Source: Candidatus Pelearchaeum maunauluense (GTDB lineage Archaea; Thermoproteota; Nitrososphaeria_A; Caldarchaeales; Caldarchaeaceae). From it: a DNA stretch of 64,000 nt. Location: NCBI GenBank assembly GCA_030059675.1, contig JANVYQ010000003.1, positions 138,822 through 202,821 of the forward strand, written 5' to 3'. Shown one piece after another: positions 56,301-64,000 of this stretch (positions are counted from its first letter, which is position 1; each line of letters begins with the position of its first letter). Position numbers and translations under genes: made by a program. Below the pieces are notes generated by a model, which worked only from the letters and a program-made list of their open reading frames with translations, was not told the origin of the DNA and made no database searches.

Positions 56301-56914
56301 ACCTCACCAAGGGGTTTACGGCTTGCCTCACGCTGCCCCCCAGGCAGGCCTATTTCAATCAACGCCTGAGGCTCAACCTCCTCAGGTATTCCCAAAACTC
56401 TCCGCACCGCCTCCTGCGCAAAAAGTGGAGAACACCTCCAGCAAGCGCCAAGACCATACGCATGGAGAGCGAGGAGCATGTTCTGTACCGCCGCAGCCAC
56501 CGACTGGACGCCCATAATATACTCGTATCGCTGCCGCCTCTCGTCTGGATATACATCCATATCCTCCATGGTCAGACACGCTATAACTAGGATGGCGGCT
56601 CTCCGCGTCCTTTCAGACGCATGCTCTATTATCTTCTCAATCTTCTCCGACTCTAGGCCGTCTTTAGAGAGGTCGCGCCGCCATTCTTCCTCCATGGCTT
56701 CTAGGAGTTTTTCTTTTATCTCCTCGCTGGTTATTATGATGAAGCGCCATGGCTGTGAGTTATGCGCGTTGGCAGCGTAGGTGGCTGCTTCGATGGCTTT
56801 CTTCACATGCTCCAAAGGCACATCGCCACGCTTAAGAAGCTTTGAGCTTCTCCTACTCTTGAGGAAGTCTACCGCAGCCTCCGCTTCGCAGACCATACCA
56901 ATAGAGCTTGGCAA
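56267..56914 (-). CDS. Nitroreductase-fold protein similar to the FbiB C-terminal domain / FbiE
   Basis: RRS, A.AH.SQPWRF, W..DL..DG, MDVYPDERR, GLGACW..SPLF; co-oriented and overlapping with cofD. Confidence 0.75.
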   Translation of the reverse strand: MPSSIGMVCEAEAAVDFLKSRRSSKLLKRGDVPLEHVKKAIEAATYAANAHNSQPWRFIIITSEEIKEKLLEAMEEEWRRDLSKDGLESEKIEKIIEHASERTRRAAILVIACLTMEDMDVYPDERRQRYEYIMGVQSVAAAVQNMLLALHAYGLGACWRCSPLFAQEAVRRVLGIPEEVEPQALIEIGLPGGQREASRKPLGEVCFLNTWGGKI

Positions 56915-56952
56915 CCGTCTATTTATAGCGAGAGAGATCTAGAAGAAATAAG

Positions 56953-57966
56953 ATGGTTGAGGTATGGCTTAGGTACGGCAAGACAGAGGTGTTCGCAGAC
57001 ATCCCCAGCGAAGCAAACACAACAATAATACAGAATGAAATCACTGGAAGACGATTCGGTGAAGACATAAAACGCTTAGTAGAAGAGAATGAGCATCTCA
57101 TCAACCTAGACAATAAAGTTGTTATGTTTATTGATTATGTCGCCGGTCTTAGGGGTCTTGACGAGCTTATACAAGACACTATAAACGTCTTTATGCAGTT
57201 AGAGAAGCGTTTAGAGTTGGTTATTTCAGGCTGGCGTTATTATTCTGATAAGGTTGAGAAAGAGCTTGCCGCACACGTGGCTCATTTTGCCAAGCATTTT
57301 ACAAACGTGGATAGGATTATCACATTACGCGAATATGATGTTGGAAAATATGCGAAGAACGCTAAGGTTATAGTTGCGCCTAAGATGGTGTGGGGCTACA
57401 CTATACTAGGGGCTGAACACTTCAAAAAACAAATACTAAACCCTAGCGGGGATATTCTCATAATAGAGGCTAACGCTGCCCGCGGTGAAGTTAAATCAAT
57501 AAACATGGAAGCTGAAGAAGAGCACGATGAGGCCGTCGCCTATCTAGAGGATAAACCAGACGTTATAATAATCTCTGGTGATGGATACCCAACAGATAAT
57601 AATCTATATTCATGCATGCATATTCCTGCGTCGCTATACGAGGTGGCGGAAGACTGTGTGATAATATTTTTGGCTGAATGTGGTGAGGGGCTTGGCCCAA
57701 GCTCGTTTATCCAGTCGCTGGTAAGCCGCCGTAATAACGTGGAAAGCGGTGACGAGGTCCTTGAGGGCTGGTTCAAGCTTGTTGATGTTAGTAAGGTTTG
57801 TATGGTTACTGCTCTTCCCGCAACATATGTGGAGAGGCTTCTCGGTGCTAGGCATTCTGATGTCGTTGATGATGCGCTTACCTATGCTTGGAGGGTGAAG
57901 GGCAGGGAGAGTAAGGTTGTAGCTATTCCGCAGATGCTTGGAACGCGCTTGGCGATAAAATCTTAA
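56953..57966 (+). CDS. Degenerate LarA (lactate racemase/DUF2088)-like protein
   Basis: N-terminal VWLRYGK; C-terminal DVIIISGDGYP.D.NLY, AECGEGLG. Confidence 0.6.
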   Translation: MVEVWLRYGKTEVFADIPSEANTTIIQNEITGRRFGEDIKRLVEENEHLINLDNKVVMFIDYVAGLRGLDELIQDTINVFMQLEKRLELVISGWRYYSDKVEKELAAHVAHFAKHFTNVDRIITLREYDVGKYAKNAKVIVAPKMVWGYTILGAEHFKKQILNPSGDILIIEANAARGEVKSINMEAEEEHDEAVAYLEDKPDVIIISGDGYPTDNNLYSCMHIPASLYEVAEDCVIIFLAECGEGLGPSSFIQSLVSRRNNVESGDEVLEGWFKLVDVSKVCMVTALPATYVERLLGARHSDVVDDALTYAWRVKGRESKVVAIPQMLGTRLAIKS

Positions 57967-59084
57967 GCTACGCGCGTTAGCGGCACATAGGAGAGCATTA
58001 GCATGGCTATTACGCCTATCATAGCCAGCTTCCTCCCGCGTGAGAGTGGCGATACCTCATCTAGGGGAGCTATGTCAGGCGCTCTATGCATCAGCAGTAT
58101 TATTAGCAGAGCCATGAAGAAATATCCAGTTATAGCGAGGATTCCCAACGCTATGTATGAAGCTATTATGTGCTGGCGACGTGATAGGAAGCTGCGGAAT
58201 ATCCTACCCCCGTCTAGCTGCCATATTGGGAGGAGGTTAAGCGCGGTTACCACCATTCCCAGCCATGCTGCGAAGCCCACGCTCATGAAGAAGGGGACAG
58301 AATCAGGGTTTCCATAGAGCATCTTAATCAGGTGGAATATGAGAGGCGGGCTGTAAAATACTGCGCCCTCCTCCACAGCAGAGCTTATCACAGTCAGATA
58401 CTGCTCAGCAGGAATCCACACGGCTGTCTGGAAGGCGAGAAACGTAACCAGCACTCCAACCATGAATCCAGCAACAGGCCCGCTAACACCTATGTCAAAC
58501 ATATCATCGCGATTCACCAACGGGTCTCTCTGGAAAATCACGGCGCCAAAGGTTGGGATGAAGCCTGGGAGACCAGGTATGAAGTATGGGGGACTGGCTG
58601 ATATCTTGTCAATCCAAGCAGATATCTTATGCCCCATCTCGTGTATGAAGACTATGGAGAATATCGCTATTGTGAATAGGAGTGATTGGATTATTATCTC
58701 GGATATTCCATATTGTATTTGTAGGAGCTTGTGTATGGGGCTTGAGGAGCGTAGATACCCGTCTGCGCCGACTGTAGCTATCGTGGCTGTCATCATCAGT
58801 ATAGGTATTCTCATGGAGCCCTTCTTTGGCCTGCTGTAGGGATACACCTTAATCTGAACTCCCCGTTCAGTCTTCTTCGCGGTAGGTAAGTACCCCAGCT
58901 CCCGCATCTTAAGAGCCGCTTCCTTAAACCTCTCCTTTATCCAAGTATCCTCAATATCAAAAGTAAGCACCCCAGCATCATAATATAGGTCTCTAACCCT
59001 GAAGTTGCTAGTGATTATTCTCTTTATCTCTTCTAGACGCGGCTCATAGACGCTTGACGCGCTAAACACACCCTCATATACCAC
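57963..59084 (-). CDS. Site-2 protease (M50 family)
   Basis: HEMGH, PYFIP, GPVAG, NLLPIWQLDGG. Confidence 0.92.
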   Translation of the reverse strand: MVYEGVFSASSVYEPRLEEIKRIITSNFRVRDLYYDAGVLTFDIEDTWIKERFKEAALKMRELGYLPTAKKTERGVQIKVYPYSRPKKGSMRIPILMMTATIATVGADGYLRSSSPIHKLLQIQYGISEIIIQSLLFTIAIFSIVFIHEMGHKISAWIDKISASPPYFIPGLPGFIPTFGAVIFQRDPLVNRDDMFDIGVSGPVAGFMVGVLVTFLAFQTAVWIPAEQYLTVISSAVEEGAVFYSPPLIFHLIKMLYGNPDSVPFFMSVGFAAWLGMVVTALNLLPIWQLDGGRIFRSFLSRRQHIIASYIALGILAITGYFFMALLIILLMHRAPDIAPLDEVSPLSRGRKLAMIGVIAMLMLSYVPLTRVA

Positions 59085-59166
59085 GCGCCTAGATAAAATG
59101 ATTATCTTTAGTCCTTTGGAAAGGCTTATAATAACCTAGTTTGCATTAACAAATCTACGCTGGGTT

Positions 59167-59673
59167 ATGGAGACGCTCATACACGGCGATAATAAGCTGG
59201 AGGTAGAATATCGTAATGCACGATTTGAAGACCTGCTTCAAGTCATGAATATAAACAGGATATGTTTGCCCGAAAACTACACGTATAGCTTCTTTGAGTC
59301 TATTTTACGGGATTATCCAGCCGCTTTTTGGGTGGCAATACATAACGGTCGCGTCGTCGGCTACGTAATGTGTAGGATTGAAAGGATATTCTCAAAGTTT
59401 GAAACGCTCCGCGTGAAGAAGGCTGGTCATGTTGTCTCTGTGGCCGTTCTCCCAGAGTATAGAAGACGCGGCATAGCATTCGAGCTTATGAGAAGAACAC
59501 TCGACTCTCTTAGAGATGTGTATAGATGCGATGAGAGTTATCTTGAGGTTAGGGTAAGTAATGAGCAGGCTATACGGCTTTATCAGAAACTGGGGTATAA
59601 GATACATGAGAGAAGTAAAGCCTACTACATGGATGGTGAAGACGCGTACGTCATGGTAAGACGCCTCAAGTAG
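59167..59673 (+). CDS. N-terminal acetyltransferase (Ard1/RimI-like)
   Basis: CLPENY, GHVVSVAV..EYRRRGI, LEVRVSN, YY.DGEDA. Confidence 0.92.
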   Translation: METLIHGDNKLEVEYRNARFEDLLQVMNINRICLPENYTYSFFESILRDYPAAFWVAIHNGRVVGYVMCRIERIFSKFETLRVKKAGHVVSVAVLPEYRRRGIAFELMRRTLDSLRDVYRCDESYLEVRVSNEQAIRLYQKLGYKIHERSKAYYMDGEDAYVMVRRLK

Positions 59674-60367
59674 GTATTATCCTCCCCACAAGCTTGGCAG
59701 CTTCTTCCAGGTCTTTATGACTATCTGTGCTAATCCACTCCACATTTTCATAAGGAATAGCCCTAAGCATACCATCCTTAGCTAGTGATGGGAATGTCGT
59801 CTTTTCAATATCACCTTTTTCAGGCAAGTATTGAAAAATCGACGGCCTAAAAGCGTAAACTCCCGCGTTAATGTAATGTTGGGGAAGCCGCGGTTTTTCG
59901 GTGAATTTCAGAATCCTCCCATTTGATTTGTCGAATTCTATAATGCCGAAAGGTGATGGTAGATGAACCAACGCTATACAACCGACTACATCCTTCTCAT
60001 CAAGCATGGGAAGAAGCTTACGCGGGTCTAGGTTTGTGAGTATATCACCATTAATCACTATGAACTTATCTTCATTTGAGAGCAAGTGCTCGGCGTTCTT
60101 TAAAGCACCACCTGTTCCCAGGGGCTCGTCCTCGATGGCGTATCCTATCTTAACACCAAGCTTATGGCCGCTTCCAATCTCATCAACAATCTTCTCCTTT
60201 AGATAACCAGCGCATACCACTATTTCGTCTATTCCATAGTGTTTTAGCCATTCAATCTGCCATTCTATTATTGGTCTTTCGGAAACCGTGAGAAGTGGCT
60301 TAGGTACCGAGTCTGTGAGTGGTCTTAAACGCTTCCCATAACCGCCAGCTAGTATAACACCCTTCAA
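59666..60367 (-). CDS. Sugar-phosphate nucleotidyltransferase
   Basis: ILAGGYGKRLRPLT..PKPL, EPLGTGG, NGD, INAGVY. Confidence 0.9.
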   Translation of the reverse strand: MKGVILAGGYGKRLRPLTDSVPKPLLTVSERPIIEWQIEWLKHYGIDEIVVCAGYLKEKIVDEIGSGHKLGVKIGYAIEDEPLGTGGALKNAEHLLSNEDKFIVINGDILTNLDPRKLLPMLDEKDVVGCIALVHLPSPFGIIEFDKSNGRILKFTEKPRLPQHYINAGVYAFRPSIFQYLPEKGDIEKTTFPSLAKDGMLRAIPYENVEWISTDSHKDLEEAAKLVGRIIPT

Positions 60368-60424
60368 GCCAGCATCACCATCTAACCTAAACTCCGTAGT
60401 AATTTGTTTTTTGGATTATTTAGC

Positions 60425-61903
60425 TTATCGCGCAACTCTTACCCGTGTCCCTTCGCGGGTGTCCTCAACTATCAAGCCTATCTCTGATAAACGGCTTCTT
60501 ATAGTGTCGCTTAGGTCATACATGCTCCTGCGGCGTAGCTCGGCTCTAACCTCAATCAAGATATCAAGCAACTTCTCTGCATCTGCCGCGAGCTTGGGTG
60601 GTTTATAGTCCAGGAGTAGGCCAATAGAATTGCATAAATCAAGAATGTTCTTGGATATGCTCTGGAGTACTTGGCTGGAGATTTTGCTACGTTTATTTAT
60701 GAATGAGTTCGAGTGTCTAACGAGTTCATACAACTGTGATAACGCCTCTGGAGTGTTAAAGTCATCGGCCATGGCACGTATAAATCCCAGTCTAGTCGCC
60801 TCAACCTTGCTAAGAAACTCTCTCTCCTCGGCATCAATATCCACATCATCTTTTGTCTCTGCAAGTAGGCTATTCACATGGTCAAGTAGCCCTCTTATTC
60901 GCATAATATTCTCCAAGGCCTGCCTCATAGAGCTCTCACTATAGTCTAGTGGGCTTCTATAATGTGATGAGAGCATGAAGAGCCGTATTGTGTCTGCGTC
61001 ATAGTTTTGGAGTGCTTGTCGTATGGTTATGAAATTCCCCAGCGACTTATGCATTCCGCGCCCGCCAACGGTGAGCTCGCCAGTATGTAGCCAATACTTA
61101 ACAAAGGGCTTCTTACCTGTAAAGCTCTCTGATTGTGCTATCTCATTTTCGTGGTGTGGGAAAACTAGCTCCTGTCCTCCTCCATGAATGTCTATCTGCT
61201 CCCCTAGATACTTCATACTCATAACTGAGCATTCTATATGCCATCCTGGGAACCCCCTCCCCCATGGGCTTGGCCATGAGAGCGGATAATCTGGGGGAGC
61301 CTCCTTCCAAAGAGCAAAGTCAGCTGAGTTTCTCTTACGTGGATCGGGCTCTATTCTATGCCTATCCAGCTCCTCCCGCCTTATCCCCGATAACTTACCA
61401 TAATCATCAACCTTCATAATATCAAAATAGACGCTACCATCAACGCGATAAGCATATCCCCTAGAAATAAGCCCCTGAACCATCTCAATAATCTCAACAA
61501 TATGCATACTCGCGCGCGGCTGTATGTTAGGTCTTCTTATGTTGAGCATATCCATATCCTTAAAGAATTCCATCATGTACTTATCAGCTACCTCCATCGG
61601 ATGTTTTCTCTCACGCGTTGCTCCGTGTATCATTCTATCTTCGCCCGTCTCCCTAAGATGGCCTACATCCGTGATGTTTCTCACATATGTTACGCGATAG
61701 CCCACGCTCTCTAAGAACCGTATTATGGCGTCAAACGCTATGTACGTTCTTGCATGACCTAGGTGAGCTGAGTCATAAACCGTCGGGCCGCATACGTACA
61801 TCTTTACATGCTTCTCTTCATGCGGCTGGAATATCTCCAGCCCTCGTGATGCGGTGTTGTAGACCGTTATTTTCGGCGGGTCTGCGCAGAGCGGCAACTC
61901 CAC
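60425..61903 (-). CDS. cysS: Cysteinyl-tRNA synthetase
   Basis: CGPTVY, HLGH, DFALWK, GWHIEC, FPHHENE, MHKSLGN. Confidence 0.96.
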   Translation of the reverse strand: MELPLCADPPKITVYNTASRGLEIFQPHEEKHVKMYVCGPTVYDSAHLGHARTYIAFDAIIRFLESVGYRVTYVRNITDVGHLRETGEDRMIHGATRERKHPMEVADKYMMEFFKDMDMLNIRRPNIQPRASMHIVEIIEMVQGLISRGYAYRVDGSVYFDIMKVDDYGKLSGIRREELDRHRIEPDPRKRNSADFALWKEAPPDYPLSWPSPWGRGFPGWHIECSVMSMKYLGEQIDIHGGGQELVFPHHENEIAQSESFTGKKPFVKYWLHTGELTVGGRGMHKSLGNFITIRQALQNYDADTIRLFMLSSHYRSPLDYSESSMRQALENIMRIRGLLDHVNSLLAETKDDVDIDAEEREFLSKVEATRLGFIRAMADDFNTPEALSQLYELVRHSNSFINKRSKISSQVLQSISKNILDLCNSIGLLLDYKPPKLAADAEKLLDILIEVRAELRRRSMYDLSDTIRSRLSEIGLIVEDTREGTRVRVAR

Positions 61904-62086
61904 ATCCCACTCTGACTTCGCCGATTTATCCGTCGAGCCCTTTTTATTAGGTGTCGGTGCTGATTAGCTATACCGTAAAGTTTATTAACTTCTTCATCTT
62001 TCAATAAGCCGAAAGAAAAGCCTTATAGGTGAGTGTTGAAGGTGCACTATATCTCAAATATATGGATTTCGGGGTGATGTGGGAAA

Positions 62087-63022
62087 ATGGTGAAGAAAAG
62101 CTGGAAAGATACGGTCTTCTGCCCAGAATGCGGAAATGAAATGCTAGTAACAGACCCGCGCACAGGTGAGGTTAGCTGTCCAGTATGCGGATATGTTGTA
62201 CAGGAACGAGATGTTGATATGGGTCCTGAATGGAGGAGTATAGATGAAGAGGAAGAGAGCAGGAGCAGAGTTGGAGCACCGCTCTCAATAATGTATAGAG
62301 ACCACGGCCTCTCAACAGTTATTGAGAAGATTGACGAAGACGCCGCTGGTAGAAAGTTATCTAAAGAAGCACGCGAAAAGATGATGAGATTAAAGAAGCT
62401 TGACGCCACCTCTCAGGTAAACTCCTCAGAAACAAGAAACTTACAACAGGCTGTTAACATACTCCAGATATACGTGGATAAGCTGCACCTATCGCAACCC
62501 GTTGCTGAGAGGTCAATGCTCATCTATAGAAAGGCGTTGAAGGCAGGTCTTGTGAGGGGAAGGTCTATACGCTGCATAATGGCGGCCGCCGCATACGCTG
62601 CGTGTAGAATGATGCGAACTCCCCGCGACCTCCGCGAGTTTGAACGCGCTTTCCCAGTAGTAAAGAGAAAGACAATAGCGCAGGGATATAGACTGCTGCT
62701 AAAACATCTAGGGCTCAAAGTACCAGTAGCAGACCCATCAATGTACCTGAACAAGATAGCGTCAAAGGTTGGCTTGGACCAGCGTACTGTTCAGGAAGCA
62801 TTACGAATTCTTAATGAGGCTGCCAAGAAAGGGGCCACTGTGGGTAAGGACCCTGTAGGTATTGCTGCCGCGGCGCTATACATGGCTTGCCAAGAGACGA
62901 CTCAGAACCTAACCCAGAAGGACATAGCTAGGGCTGCTGGTGTTACTGAGGTAACGGTCAGAAATAGGTTTAAGGGATTGAAGGATATTCTAGAGGGCGC
63001 CACGCAGGAGGTTAGCCACTAA
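62087..63022 (+). CDS. tfb: Transcription initiation factor TFB
   Basis: CPECG Zn ribbon, GPEWR, two cyclin repeats, GVTEVTVRNR. Confidence 0.96.
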   Translation: MVKKSWKDTVFCPECGNEMLVTDPRTGEVSCPVCGYVVQERDVDMGPEWRSIDEEEESRSRVGAPLSIMYRDHGLSTVIEKIDEDAAGRKLSKEAREKMMRLKKLDATSQVNSSETRNLQQAVNILQIYVDKLHLSQPVAERSMLIYRKALKAGLVRGRSIRCIMAAAAYAACRMMRTPRDLREFERAFPVVKRKTIAQGYRLLLKHLGLKVPVADPSMYLNKIASKVGLDQRTVQEALRILNEAAKKGATVGKDPVGIAAAALYMACQETTQNLTQKDIARAAGVTEVTVRNRFKGLKDILEGATQEVSH

Positions 63023-63044
63023 ACCGTCTCCCCTCCCCTATCTT

Positions 63045-63353
63045 TTAGAGCACTTCTATATTCTCTTCAGAAAGACCCAACGACACTAGTAGGTCTTTTA
63101 CTCTGTCGCGATGGTCGCCTTGGAGAAGTATTAAGCCATCCTTAACAGCCCCACCGCACGCGAGAGCTGTCTTTAGACGTGAAGCCATCTCTTGGAGGTC
63201 CTTTTTAGTTCCGTTAAGTCCCTCAATTACCGTGAGTGGCCTGTTCCACTTGCGTGTTTCTAGACGGACTTTTACTCGTTGTTGCTCCCTACTTATGGTG
63301 CCGCAAACGCAGATTGATTGTGGTAATCCGCATGTAGGGCATATCTCACCCAT
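63045..63353 (-). CDS. Translation initiation factor aIF-1 (SUI1)
   Basis: CPTCGLP, LACGG.VK, LQGDHR; start taken at ATG 63353. Confidence 0.92.
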   Translation of the reverse strand: MGEICPTCGLPQSICVCGTISREQQRVKVRLETRKWNRPLTVIEGLNGTKKDLQEMASRLKTALACGGAVKDGLILLQGDHRDRVKDLLVSLGLSEENIEVL

Positions 63354-63411
63354 TATTGTATCTCCAACCGATTTTATGGTGTGTATTTCTTCAGATTTAA
63401 ACATTAATGGG

Positions 63412-64000
63412 TTATCTGGGGCTGGTTGGTCGCTCCCCTGCCTCGTAGGCCTTCTTCCGCTTCTCGTACTCCTCTCTGGTTGATATTTGTTTTGCTGGGA
63501 TTCCTGCTACAACAACGCGCGGCTGTACGTCGCGGGTTACGACCGCACCAGCGGCCACTACCGCGTCCTCCCCAACCACCACACCAGCGAGAATAACGGC
63601 GCCGCACCCAATTACAGCACCACGCTCTATAACCGTTTTTACAAGCCGCCGCGACACAGGGTATAAGTCATTAGTAACCCTGACACAAGGGCCTAGGAAC
63701 ACCCTATCCTCAACCTCCGTGAGATGAGGCAAATACACCTGAGACTGTATATTCACATCCCTCCCTACTTGTACGGCGCCATCCAGCTGTGTTCCACTAC
63801 CAATTCTGGAAGATTCCCCAACATTACTGCCAGACCTTATCAGCACATTATGCCCCAGCTCTACTCTATTTCCCAGTCTGATATCTTCATAGAGGATGCA
63901 CCCACTCCTGACTATGCAGCCCTCACCTATTAATGCGCCTGAGCTGATGGAGTCAAGCTCGTCTATCCCTATTACGCCTCGATACCTGCCAAGCATGGAT
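63412..64000 (-). CDS. Left-handed beta-helix acyltransferase (sugar N-acetyltransferase-like), probably 5'-partial
   Basis: Hexapeptide repeats, FLGP...TND.YP, AGAVVTRDV, GIPA. Confidence 0.85.
   Translation of the reverse strand, partial: SMLGRYRGVIGIDELDSISSGALIGEGCIVRSGCILYEDIRLGNRVELGHNVLIRSGSNVGESSRIGSGTQLDGAVQVGRDVNIQSQVYLPHLTEVEDRVFLGPCVRVTNDLYPVSRRLVKTVIERGAVIGCGAVILAGVVVGEDAVVAAGAVVTRDVQPRVVVAGIPAKQISTREEYEKRKKAYEAGERPTSPR

Noticed and set aside
1-64000. CRISPR arrays, rRNA, IS transposases, C/D-box sRNAs
   Set aside because: No regularly spaced repeats, rRNA-like tracts or transposase motifs seen; isolated TGATGA hits lacked a matching CTGA box

Overview
Archaeal chromosomal DNA, most likely from a thermophilic TACK lineage. 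Caldarchaeales/'Aigarchaeota' is an inference from CdvB, TFB, aIF2, eL39/eL31/eS27, class I HMG-CoA reductase and multi-intron tRNAs. The window is dense in housekeeping genes: leuS, cysS, fen1, cdc48, ftsY, translation factors, pyk, F420 genes and a Mn/Zn ABC transporter with a DtxR regulator. It has seven tRNA genes, three of them with introns at non-canonical positions. The main candidate for a little-described system is a three-gene operon at 46.8-50.1 kb encoding a short, apparently hinge-less SMC5/6-like ATPase, an Nse4/ScpA-like kleisin and an Nse1/Nse3-like kite protein, next to an Lhr helicase. Other notable features: a nurA-herA pair beside three related winged-helix proteins, two decayed islands at tRNA 3' ends (one with a probable SSV-type intN, one with a YcnI-like copper protein), an eS27 gene with only an ACG start, a CBS-HPF hibernation-factor-like gene, a standalone FbiE-like reductase in the cof cluster, nucleotide-identical tracts between the cdc48 D1 and D2 domains, and AC-to-GT skew switches centred on tRNA genes. 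All calls come from reading motifs by eye; no database searches were run.
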